Shown here: positions 10,790 through 22,746 of the stretch, piece after piece
Layout of the letters: the number at the start of each line of letters is the position of its first letter
Position numbering within the stretch: the stretch's first letter is position 1
Source: Octopus sinensis
Lineage: Eukaryota
Reading direction: 5' to 3'
Length of the DNA stretch: 44,264 nt
Assembly (NCBI RefSeq): GCF_006345805.1
Contig: NW_021835017.1
Location: 1 to 44,264, forward strand
Made by a program: the position numbers and the translations under genes
Notes under the pieces: model-generated
Databases searched by the model: none
Seen by the model: only the letters and a program-made list of their open reading frames with translations
Told to the model about the DNA's origin: nothing

Positions 10790-12200
10790 TTTCATGAGGG
10801 AGAAGAGAGAGAAGAAACAGTGAGAGAGAGAGAGGTGTTGAATAAAAAAAGAGTGGTGATTGAATAGAAGAGAGAGAGAGGGGAGTTAAATAGAAAAAGA
10901 GAGGTATTTGAGTGAGTGAGAGAGAGAGAGAAAGAAAGAAAGAAAGAACGAAAGAGAGTGTGTGAGTGTGCGAGCGAGCGAATGAGTGAGTAAGTGAGTA
11001 AGTGAATGAGTTAGTGAGTGAGTGGGTGAGTGAGTGAGTGAATGTGTGTGTGTGTGTGTGTGTGAGTGAATTAAAGAGTGTGAAAGCGGAGACAGTGGAA
11101 AAAAAAAAGATATATTGGTCGTCTGCTGTGTACGATTGAGTGCAGTACGGGAGAGGGAGAGAGAAATACAGAGACAGAGAGTGAGTGAATGAGTGAGTGA
11201 GTGAGTGAGTGAGTGAGAAAGAAGAGAGAGAGTGTGTAGAGACTGAAAGATTGAAACTAAAGAAAAAGAGAGAATGAAATAAAGAGGAATAGAGTGTTAT
11301 AGAAAAAGAGAGAAACAAAAGGAAAGACTAAGAAATCGAGATGAAGGTGTGAAATAGATGCAAAGAGAGAGGGAAGAAAGAGAAGGAGAGATAATGGTCG
11401 TCTGCTATATACATCTAGAGATATTGGAGAGAATGGAGAAGGAAAAGGTTAAACGATGAAGGGGAAAGAGACAGAAAGAAGGAGAAATGGACGTCTGGGT
11501 ATATCGAGTGAATGATTGAAAGAGAGAGGGCGAAAGAGAAAGAGCGAGAGAGACGTTGGGCGGCGGAGGGAATCAGACAGAATGAAGGTTGAAAGTGAAT
11601 GTTTGTTTCTGTACGTCTGGCAATCGTGAAAAGAAAGAGTGTGAGTGTGTGAGAGAGGGGGGACACGGAGGGAGGAAGACAGTGAAAAAGAGAGAGAAGA
11701 AAGAAGAGAAAAGGGAGAGAAGATAGAAGGGAGAAGAGAGAAGAGAAATATAAAACAATGTGAGGTCGTCTGCCGTGAACGTACGTCTGACGATATAGTG
11801 TGGGTGGAGGAAGAGGAAACATGACTATTAAGAAGAAGCGCAGACGAAAAATTTAAGAGAGAAAGCAAGAGAGTAGAGAGAGAGAGAGAGGTTGGAAGAG
11901 TGAGGCAGATAGAGTAAGAGAGACAAACTGCAAGACAGAGAGAAATAGAGATAGAATGACATAGTAAGAGAGGGAAAGAAAGAAAGCAAGGGGTGAAGAT
12001 ACAGGAAGAGAAAGGGGAATGGAAGGAGGTAGTAAGATGTCTGCAGTATTTATACGGCTGGTTACAATGAGAACTTGACAGAGAGAGATAGAGAGAGAGA
12101 GAGATAGACAGACAGATAGACAGACAGACAGAGGTGGAGAGTGACACAGGCACGGAGAGAAGAGTCAGGCTAGTTATATAAAGAAGGGTGAGAATAGCGA
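10790..12200. repeat. Polypurine (GA/GAGT/GAAA) low-complexity domain
   Basis: Strong G+A skew on the + strand, directly visible. Confidence 0.9.
11117..11850. promoter_or_regulatory. Dense cluster of CGTCTG/CAGACG (Smad-box-like) motifs; candidate cis-regulatory module
   Basis: CGTCTG occurs at 11120, 11399, 11492, 11614, 11767 and 11784, and CAGACG at 11841. Further copies lie at 9170 and 9872, with TGTCTG/CAGACA at 12038 and 10532. Function is inferred only. Confidence 0.4.
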
Positions 12201-12241
12201 GACAGAGAAACCAAGACTGGTTGTTGTGCTGCTGGTAATGA

Positions 12242-12275
<34 letters not shown>

Positions 12276-12618
12276 GGCAGTGGTGGTGGTGGTGATGCAC
12301 TTAATGGTGATGGTGGTGATAATGATGAGGACGGTTAGCTGTCTGAAGTGTACAACTGACTTATGGAGGCGGAGATGGTCGGAGACTGGAAATGGGTCTG
12401 ATGAGGAGAGAGAAAGAGAGAGAGAGAGACAGAATGAGAGAGTAGAAGGGGTGGACGGTCGATGTTATTATGTGTTGTCTCGTGTGTAAAGGTTAAACTG
12501 TAATGTGTCTCTGTTTCAATCTGTGTTGGTATTTATGTATACATAACAGTGTGTATATGTATATAGCATTGTGTGTGTGTATGTGCGTGTGCTTGTGTGT
12601 GTTTGTATGTGTATAATG

Positions 12619-12675
<57 letters not shown>

Positions 12676-12934
12676 CTTATATTTTCAGAGCTCTTTTTTG
12701 CATTTTATATATACATACATACCCTATGCTCATATAAACACCACACTCGCATATACACACATTGTGTATGTGATAAAATGTTATTTTTATGTACTTTATA
12801 GTCTTCAATGTTTGTACAATCACACACAAATATTCACATATATATCCGTATGCGTGCGATAAAATGCTTTTAATATATTAATAGTCTTCAGTATGTGTGG
12901 ACACACACACAAACGCATATTATATATAATGTAT

Positions 12935-12966
<32 letters not shown>

Positions 12967-13289
12967 ATAACACGTTTGTGTTAGCGGTGGAAGTGCTTCT
13001 TATAATCAAGAATAACGTTATCAAACGGTTATTGTTATCAAATTACCAAAATTACTGTACCCTAAACACGTTGTTACATACTCTGCATATTGTTATCAGC
13101 CGGTTATTATTATCCGAAAAACTCCGTTTCACAGTGACTTCTATAAATGGTTTCCATTGTGTTGTGTGATATACATATATATATGCATGCACACACATGT
13201 GTATATACGTGTATGTGTGTATTTATGCATACATACTGAAACTAAAGGCAAGGTTTCATACATAGAATAGATATAAGAGTTTCACGCAT

Positions 13290-13455
13290 ATACAAAACCA
13301 GTAACTTGATGAAAGTGGCGAGTCGATCATTTAGATCCTGCAGGAATGAATGGTAAAGTTGAACTCTAGAGAATTTGAACTCTGAAGAAAAAGAGCCCGA
13401 TCAAATACTGCATAGGCACTTTGTCCAACGCTCTAATGATTCTGCCATCCTCTGA
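13290..13455 (-). mobile_element. Degenerate family B SINE
   Basis: Reverse complement of the B core (AGGAATGAATGGTAAAGTTGAACTC...GAATTTGAACTC). Confidence 0.7.
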
Positions 13456-13500
13456 TATTGCCAAGTAGAGTTTATAATTATGTCTAATTTAGGTATATGA

Positions 13501-13680
13501 AAATGCCGGCGAACTGACAGAATGTTTACGTTCTGAGTTCAAATTCTACTGAGGTCGACATTGCCTTTCATTCTTTCGGGGTCGATAAATTAAGGACTAG
13601 TTGAATACTGGGGTCGATGTAATCGATTTACCTCTTCCTCCGAAATTGCTAACCTTGTGCCAAAAATAGAAACCAATTTA
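13501..13680 (+). mobile_element. Family B SINE
   Basis: GCCGGCGAACTGACAGAA...GAGTTCAAATT...GAGGTCGAC.TTGCCTTTCAT...GGGGTCGATAAATTAAG...CCTTGTGCCAAAA. Confidence 0.85.
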
Positions 13681-13690
13681 GGGATATGAA

Positions 13691-14305
13691 AGGGGGCGAG
13701 CAGAATGGTTAGCCCGTAGGACAAAGTACTTAACAGCATTTCTTCTGGATACTCTTTTACTTGTTTCAGGTCATTTGACTGCGGCCATGCTGGAGCACCG
13801 CCTTTAGTCGATCAAATCGACCCCAGGGCTTATTCTTTGTAAGCCTAGTACTTATTCTATCGGTCACTTTTACCGAACCGCTAAGTTACAGGGACGTAAA
13901 CACACCAGCATCGGTTGTCAAGCGGTGTTGATCGGACAAACACAGACACACAAACATACACACACATATACATACACACACATATATATATATATACATA
14001 TATACGACAGGCTTCTTTCAGTTTCCGTCTACCAAATCCACTCACAAGGCTTTGGTCGGCCCGAGGCTATAGTAGAAGACACTTGCCCAAGATGCCACGC
14101 AGTGGGACTGAACCTGGAACCATGTGGTTGGTAAGCAAGCTACACGTTTTTATTTCAAATTCTGTGGCGATTGACTTTTCCATTCATCCCTCCAGGGTCA
14201 ATAATATATGTACCAGTCAAATACTGGAATCGATGTAGTCGACCCCCCCCCCCCGCCACCTTCCCTTAAAATGACTAACCTTGTGCCAAAATTTGAAACA
14301 AATTT
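13691..14305 (+). mobile_element. Old family B SINE split by a nested family A insertion
   Basis: The B head at 13691-13749 resumes at about 14144 (ACGTTTTTATTTCAAATTC...). Confidence 0.7.
13750..14143 (-). mobile_element. Near full-length family A SINE
   Basis: Runs from the tail ACTCTTTTACTTGTTTCAG through to the head GTGGTTGGTAAGCAAGCTAC, all in reverse orientation. Confidence 0.92.
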
Positions 14306-14319
14306 GGGGGCAAGGAAAA

Positions 14320-15190
14320 GGCGCAGGTTGGCAGAATCATTGGCGCGCCCAATAAAATGCTGAGTTCAAATTCTGCCGAGATCAATTTTGCTCTTCAGCC
14401 ATTCGGTTTCGATGAAATAAGTACCGGATGAACATTGGGCGGGGGGGTGAACGTCGATGTACACAGCTAGCATGCTTCTTCCAAATTTCAGGCCTTGTAA
14501 CTATAGCTGTAAGAAATTTCTGGACAAGAAAGATTGTTGGATGAGGGTTTCAATCGATTACATTGAACCCCGTACTTCACTGGCGCTTTATTATATTAAT
14601 GCCGAAAGATAAAAAGCACGGTTGAACTCAGAATGCAGAAAGCCAAAGGAAATGCTACCTGAAATTTATTCTCGTGCTCTCACGATTCCACCTTCCATAG
14701 TGTCAATAATAATTTTGCTTTTACCGGCTACCTATTACTGTTTTCACACGTTCGATTGCAGCTGTGCTGAGGCAATACTTCTAATGTGTTTTGGTCAAAC
14801 AAATCGATCCCAGTACATTTTTTTGTCTTTTTAAGAGTGGCTCATATTCCATTAGTTTCCTTTGCCGTGCCGCTAAAAAACGGATACGAAAACAAACCAA
14901 CACTGCGCTATATGGTGGAGGGGGTACAAACACAGGCAAAAAGACACTATACATACACACATATCTATAAATGAAGAACATGCACAGTTCCCCTCTACTA
15001 AATTCTCTCACAAGGCATTGCCCGACCGTGGCTATATTGATTTCAAATTTTGATACACGTTCGAGGAAGTGAGTCGGCAACACTGACTCCAGTGCTCAAC
15101 TGGTACATATTTTATCAACTCCGAAAAGGGTGAAGGGCAAAGTCGGCCTTGGAGTAATTTGAACTTAGAAAGTAAAGAGAGACGAAATGC
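14320..15190. mobile_element. Cluster of degenerate family B and A SINE fragments in both orientations
   Basis: B(+) at 14320-14505, B(-) at 14540-14700, an A tail(-) at about 14740-14940 and B(-) at 15040-15190. Confidence 0.65.
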
Positions 15191-15685
15191 GGTCTCAGGT
15201 TCAGTTCAAATGTACGGCACCTAGGGCATGTGCCTTCAACTATAGCCGCGGGCCGACCAAAGCCCCACGAATGCACATACACACACACACTCACACATAT
15301 ATACACACAATTGATGTGTGTGTGTGTGTGTGTGTGTGTGTACGTGCGTGCTCGTTGTGTTCGGGCTCATGCGTATGTGTAAGTGTATATATGTGTATGA
15401 GTGAATTTGGTAGACTGGAACTGAAAGAAATCCGACATTATGTGTCGCGAGCGGGAGAGGAGCGCTCGTGTCTACGAGTGTGCTCGTTTTGTGTTTCACC
15501 TCATCACCACTTGACAACCTATGTTGGTTGATTTACGTTCCCGAAACTTGGCGGTTGGCAAAAGACCCAGATAAGAAAAAGTACCGGTCATTAAAAAGTT
15601 ACGTACCGTAGTTGAGTTGATCGACTAAACTCTTTAAGGCGGTGCCCCAGCAGAGCCGCAGTTCAGTGACTGAAACAAACACAAG
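15190..15685 (+). mobile_element. Degenerate family A SINE with an expanded internal CA/TG microsatellite
   Basis: The head reads GGTTCAG...GGCACCTAGGGCATGTG...GGGCCGACCAAAGCC and the tail reads AAGGCGGTGCCCCAGCA...GTGACTGAAACA. Confidence 0.8.
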
Positions 15686-16050
15686 GAGATACAGTCTGCT
15701 TCGTTTTTAGTATACTATCAGTCAGTATACGTATATAACTGCATGAATTCTTGTGAAAGTCTTCCCATCTTTCTCCTTTTCTTTCTCTTTCTCTCTCACT
15801 CTCTTTCACATACACGCATACACACAAACACATGCGCACGCGTACACACACATGTTCAAAGTTTGTATGGGAGAACGTGTGTTTGTACATATATTAATGA
15901 AGTGGTTTTACGTTCGAATCTGTCTATGATCTATGCAGTAAGACGAGAGACGACGGGATAAGAAAGAATAAGAGAAGAGTGAGAAAGTGCGTGCGTATAT
16001 GCGAATATCCGCGTGTGTGGTGTGTGTGTGTGTGTGTGTGTATGTGTGTG

Positions 16051-16081
<31 letters not shown>

Positions 16082-17223
16082 TTGCATGCATGAGAAATAG
16101 ACGAGAAGGAGCTGGAGAGCTAGAGAGAGAGAGAGAGAGAGAGAAAGTACTGAGGTACGGAGAGTGATTTAGTGAGAGAAGCAAATGTGTATGTAGGTAT
16201 GTGTAAAAAGAGAATGAATGAATGAATGAATGAATGAATGAGTGAGAGATTTAGTGAATGATTGAGCGAACGAGAGTGTAGTGAATGAGTGAGAGAGTGA
16301 CATTGATAGCCAGAGAGTAAAGGACAAAAAAAAAATGTAGAGTTGCCTTAAGTGGATAAAGAGCAGTGTGTATACGATATAGCTAAAAGTAGGAGGAAAA
16401 ACGAGAAAGCGAGATAGCAAGAGTGAGGTATGAGGAACACAGACAGTGAGTGTGATTAGATGCATAAGTTATTGGATGTATCTGAGTATTTTAGTGTTAA
16501 ATTGTCTACGTCTGTCCAGTTATGTGTCGATATAAATTGAGCTCTTTCACTGGTGATGTTTACTGCTTTTATGTATAAAGCGTGTATGTGTGTGTGTATT
16601 TTGTAGACGTGCGTGCGCATATGTGGTCATACAGTCACATATCGTGCGTGTGTGTGTGTGTGTGTGTGTAGGCGTGAGTATGTAGATGTACGTGTGAATG
16701 TGTACGTATGTAATATATGTGTACGTGCTTGTGTGTATGTGTGTGTGAGTGCATGCGTGTGTGTGTGTGAGCACACATTCATATGCATATGTCTGTGTGT
16801 CTGTGTCTATATATATATATATACACATACAAATACGGATGTAGGAATATTTAAATGTTCACATATGTATGTAAATATTAATATAACTACGTGTGTCTAT
16901 ATATATATTTATCTATTTAACAGCAATTATATACATATATATATATGCATATGTATGTATTGTACGTACTGTATATATGTTTAGGTGTATACATACGTAT
17001 ATCCACATTTATGTTACAATTTTATATAGATATGTGTATTAATTATTATATAACATAATATAACACACACATACACACTCATAGATATATATATATAATA
17101 TTCAAATACACATATATGTATCAGTTATAGGTGTACACGCATGTATGAATTCGTTTCTAAGGACATATGCACCTATGTATATGCATAACGATGGACATAT
17201 AGACATATACGTCTGTATACATG

Positions 17224-17278
<55 letters not shown>

Positions 17279-17307
17279 ATACATATAAATGTCTGTGTGA
17301 GTGTGTG

Positions 17308-17350
<43 letters not shown>

Positions 17351-17499
17351 AGAAACAGACAAACGTACATATTTATATACACATTTATATATATACATAT
17401 ATATAGGTATATTATGCACTTAGATATATACAAACGTACATATTTAGTATATACATACATATATGTGTGTGTATCGCACAAGCACTCACACACACGGAT

Positions 17500-17510
17500 A
17501 GATTGATAGA

Positions 17511-17558
<48 letters not shown>

Positions 17559-17569
17559 TAGACAGACAT

Positions 17570-17664
<95 letters not shown>

Positions 17665-17697
17665 GGCAGGCAGGCAGACAGACAGACAGATAGATAG

Positions 17698-17760
<63 letters not shown>

Positions 17761-17830
17761 GCAGACAGACAGATAGATAGATAAACAGGTAGGCATGCAT
17801 GCAAACAGGCAGGCAGCAGACAGATTGACA
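17500..17830. repeat. (GATA)n/(GACA)n mosaic microsatellite
   Basis: Directly visible. Confidence 0.97.
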
Positions 17831-18320
17831 GACTGAGAGATAAACAGATACAGATATAAATATATGCATAATTGCATATTAATGTCAGTATAAATATATA
17901 TTAACGCCGTGTCTTTGTGTCTTGTGTATACGCTTAATTGATACAGTGCAATATATTTGCTGGAATTTATGAGTGCGTATAAAGTGTATATTTATATGAG
18001 CTGTGTTCCAAGAAATAGAGTATATACATATACATAGTATATACATAGCATGCATACATAAACATACGCACATATATGTATATGTGTATGTGTGTGTGTG
18101 TATGAACATATATGTGCGTATAGTGATGCAAACAGAAAAAATAGCACTCAAAATATGAGTCTATGTATATTTTTTATTAATATTTAGCGTTAGCAACAGA
18201 CTGACTCAAGGGCCGAGGGTTTCGTGTTTTGACACTTATCAAGCATTTGAGAAGTTCCAAACGCACGAAATACATATACACACACTCACACGCAGATATA
18301 TGTGTATATACGTACGCATA

Positions 18321-18652
18321 GTGAAGGCGTATGGCTCAGTGGTTAGAGCGTCGAGCTTACGATCGTGAGGTTGTAAGTTCGAAGCCCTGACTGGTCTGCG
18401 GATTATGTTCTTGAGCAAGACCCTTTATATCACGTTGTTCCAGTTCACTCAGCTGCAGAAATGAGTTGCGACGTCACAGGTACCAAGCTGTATCGGCCCC
18501 TTTGCCTTTCCCTTGGATAACACTGGTGGCGTGGAGAGGAGAGGCCGGTATGCATGGGTAACTGCTGGTCTTCCAACTTTGCCCGGACTTGTGCCTGGGA
18601 GAGTAACTTTCTAGATGAGATCCCATGGTTAGTCATGACCGAAGGGGGCCTC
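18321..18652 (+). mobile_element. tRNA-derived SINE, family D
   Basis: The A box is TGGCTCAGTGGTTAG and the B box GTAAGTTCGAAGCCC, followed by the TTCTTGAGCAAGACCC body. A reverse partial copy lies at about 40260-40385. Confidence 0.85.
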
Positions 18653-18829
18653 AGCAACGTACGTACGCACACACACACTCACACATACACACACCACACA
18701 AACACACCCACTCCCCCCCCCACACAAATATATGTATGTGTGTGTATATGTATGCATGTATGTAGAAGAAAACATTCTGAAAAAATAATGGAAGCGTAAG
18801 CTGTCTTCAACGCTGTCAGTATTTTGACG

Positions 18830-18899
<70 letters not shown>

Positions 18900-18978
18900 G
18901 ATATATATCTATATATATAAGCATACATAAAGACTCCTAAATGCATATATCAATGAATTGATAGATAGATAGATAGAT

Positions 18979-19014
<36 letters not shown>

Positions 19015-19368
19015 TTACGAATGTACATATACAATCACACACACACATAATTATATATATACATACATGCATATATATATATATATTTATATATTTACAT
19101 GTATATATATACACGTACATAAATACACACACACATAAATGTATTTATATAATAAGTACATACATACATATGTGTCTCTGTGTGTGTTGTGGGTATACAT
19201 GCATGCACATTTATATTTCATACATGATTTAATTGAATATATATATATATATATATACATACTCACACACACACACGTGTGAGCATGTATATATGTGGAT
19301 AAAAATATTTGATATGTATGCATATGCAAAGACACACACACACACTTATATATTCTCGGTGTGTGTTA

Positions 19369-19422
<54 letters not shown>

Positions 19423-19424
19423 CA

Positions 19425-19456
<32 letters not shown>

Positions 19457-19521
19457 AAGACCAGAGACATTGGTAATATTTTTAATTCCATGTAACTTTT
19501 TAAACATTTTAAATTCCACGT

Positions 19522-19855
19522 AGCTTAGCGGCGTTTCTTCCGTCTTCACGTTCTGAGTTCAAATTCCGCCATGGTCGACTTTGCCTTAGATCTTTTCGGG
19601 CTCGATTAACTAAGCACCAGTGAAATATTGGGGTCGATGTAATCGACTAACGCCCCTCCACACAAACGTGTGCCGCCAGTAGAAAGGATTATTATTATTA
19701 TTATTATTATTATTATTGTTATTATCATTATTATTATTATTCAAATTCCGCCGAGGTCGACATCACCTTTCATCTTTTCGGAGATTCATAAGTTAAATAA
19801 ATACCAGTTGAACGCTGAGGTCTATGTGATCGACTCATCCCCTAAAACTTGAAAC

Positions 19856-19897
<42 letters not shown>

Positions 19898-19908
19898 TAA
19901 TAATAATA

Positions 19909-19948
<40 letters not shown>

Positions 19949-19958
19949 GTTATTGTTA

Positions 19959-19989
<31 letters not shown>

Positions 19990-20149
19990 GGTCAGATTCA
20001 GTTTTATTTCTGGTAAGATTTATGTGGGTAGCGGATTACTACCTGAAGCCTTAGGTATCCACAAGTTTCAGCAGTCTTTCTTATTATTAGGCTTGTTTTG
20101 TTTGTTTGTTTGCTTGTCTTCTTGTTTTTTGTTTCTTTTTGTTGTTATG

Positions 20150-20212
<63 letters not shown>

Positions 20213-20267
20213 GTTGTTATTATTAGTTATATTATTATTATTATATATTATTATATTATGGTTGTGA

Positions 20268-20307
<40 letters not shown>

Positions 20308-20308
20308 G

Positions 20309-20344
<36 letters not shown>

Positions 20345-20390
20345 TATTATTATTATTATGTTGTTGTTATTATTATTATTATTATTATTA

Positions 20391-20430
<40 letters not shown>

Positions 20431-20468
20431 TTATGTATATTGTTGGTTGTTGTTATTATATTATATTA

Positions 20469-20514
<46 letters not shown>

Positions 20515-20527
20515 GTTGTTGTTGTTG

Positions 20528-20565
<38 letters not shown>

Positions 20566-20802
20566 GTGTTGTTGTTATTATTATTATTATCATCATCATC
20601 ATTATTATTATCTATTAATTAATTAAGCCGGCGGGCTGACAGAATTGTTAGCACGACAGGCGAAATGCTAAGCAGTATTTTGCCCGTCGCTACGTTTTGA
20701 GTTCAAATTCCGCCGAGGTCGACTTTGCCTTTCATCCTTTTGGGGGTTAATCGACTTAATCCCCTCCCCCAAATTGGAGGCTTTGTGCTTCCAGTAGAAA
20801 GG

Positions 20803-20853
<51 letters not shown>

Positions 20854-20859
20854 TTAATG

Positions 20860-20903
<44 letters not shown>

Positions 20904-21535
20904 TAAGCCGACGGGTTGGCAAAATCGTTATCACGCCAGGCGAAATGCTTAGCGTTATTTCGCTATGTTCTGAGTTCAAATTCCCCCGAGGTCGACTTTG
21001 CCTTTCATCCTTTCGGGGTCGATAAATTAAGTACCAGTTAAACATTGGGGTCTATGTAATCGACTCATCTCCTCCCCTAAGATTGTTTCCCATGTGGAAA
21101 AATTTGAACCCCTTATCATCATTTATAATAATAAGGTGGTAGAATCGTAAGCACGCTGGACAAAATGTTTTGCAGGATGTTGTCTGTCTTAACGTTCTGA
21201 GTTCAAATTCCGCTGAGGTCGACCTTTCGTTTCATCTTCTCAGGGTCGATAAAACACGATCTAGGAGAAGATCTGATGTTAATGTCATTGACTAACACCC
21301 TACTTTGAGCCTATAGCAAAAAGAATTATTAGTAATAAGGATTTCAAATTTTGGTACGCGACCAGTAAGTTTGGTGGGTTGGGTGGTGGGTCGATTAAGT
21401 CGACCCCAGTGATCGACTGACGCATGTTTTATTTTATAGACCGGAAAGGATAACAGGCTAAGTCGACCTCGGCAGAATTAGAACACAGAACGTGAAGATG
21501 GACGAAATGGTGCTAAGCATTTTGCATGGACAAAT
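19522..21535. mobile_element. Array of six family B SINEs embedded in (ATT)n/(AAT)n
   Basis: Plus-strand copies lie at about 19522-19690, 19740-19858, 20625-20805, 20905-21115 and 21134-21330. One minus-strand copy lies at about 21340-21535. Confidence 0.88.
20140..20615. repeat. Long degenerate (ATT)n/(GTT)n tract
   Basis: Directly visible. Confidence 0.97.
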
Positions 21536-21720
21536 TTGAAATAATATTAACCCCTTATGTAGACTATATAAATATACATATATATGTATATGCATGTATG
21601 TATGTATTCCTTCCTTGAGCGTCTGCTAATATTTTACATGTACCACATACTCGCGTTGTTGTTTTTTTTTTGTATTTGTTGCTCCTCTCTTGGGGAATTT
21701 ACTATATATGTATGTATATA

Positions 21721-22114
21721 TATACTCTTTTTACTCTCTTTTACTTGTTTCAGTCATTTGACTGCGGCCATGCTGGAGCACCGCCTTCAATCGAGCAACT
21801 CGACCCCGGGACTTATTCTTTTGTAAGCCCAGTACTTATTCTATCGGTCTCTTTTGCCGAACCGCTAAGTAACGGGGACATAAACACACCAGCATCGGTT
21901 GTCAAGCAATGCTAGGGGGACAAACACAGACAGACCACACACACATATATATATATACATATATACGACGGGCTTCTTTCAGTTTCCGTCTACCAAATCC
22001 ACTCACAAGGCTTTGGTCGGCCAGGCTATAGTAAGACACTTGCCCAAGGTGCCACGCAGTGGGACTGAACCCAGAACCATGTGGTTGGTAAACAAGCTAC
22101 TTACCACACAGCCA

Positions 22115-22117
<3 letters not shown>
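21721..22117 (-). mobile_element. Full-length family A SINE
   Basis: Complete tail, body and head in reverse orientation, closely similar to the 13750 and 32890 copies. Confidence 0.93.
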
Positions 22118-22153
<36 letters not shown>

Positions 22154-22706
22154 CATGCACACACATATACACACGCATGTGTACATACGCACACATGCAC
22201 GCACGCGTACACACACACTCACGCGCGCGCGTATATTAGAATGTATTTATATGTCTGTGCTCGTGTGTATGATTACATGTATTCATACGTTATGCCTATT
22301 TAGTTGAATCACTTCGAGCTTCATGTCCAGAAACATGAAATCCCCTTATCACGAAGGAAACAGTGAGACTCTATCACTTTTCCTTTTACCCACCTGTTAA
22401 ACTTGGACGATCTAGTGTATGAGTCCTTGCGCCTCCATAGAGGAAAAAAGACTTTGCCCTACTTTTATTACGTTCACATTTATACAAATATATGTATACA
22501 AACCCTACTGACAAACCCCATATATATTATAGTATACCTACTTGTATACTATGCTCATGGAACTGGGCTCACAAATATATGATTACAAATATATTACGCG
22601 TATATTACCTAGTCAGTAATGGTATATGTATATATGTATGCATGTATATGTATTAAGTTTGCATGTTGTGTGTGTGCGTATACTCTTAGTTTCTTAAACA
22701 TTACAG

Positions 22707-22746
22707 ATATGTTTCATTTTTGGATTTGGCTTACAAGATTCTTTAT
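22707..22746 (+). other. Weak candidate 40-nt exon
   Basis: The acceptor is tttcttaaacattacag and the donor is TAT|gtgagt. All three frames are open, and I recognise no homology. Confidence 0.2.

Noticed and set aside
10676-10797. Protamine-like peptide MVSGSGASGDYGGGGGGDGHRRRRRSRSRRRRRCLRSLVS
   Set aside because: The Arg run is a (CGT)n microsatellite next to (GGT)n, and the same compound repeat occurs at 9040-9125. It is too short and Arg-poor overall, with no supporting gene structure.
11449-12300. 283-aa minus-strand ORF beginning with poly-His
   Set aside because: It derives from (CAC/CAT)n and CT-rich low-complexity sequence that is intrinsically stop-poor, and it has no recognisable domain.
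18321-18400. tRNA genes (also at 108, 40626, 41558 and 42248)
   Set aside because: A and B boxes are present, but the sequences continue into SINE bodies and lack a complete cloverleaf and terminator. These are SINE heads.
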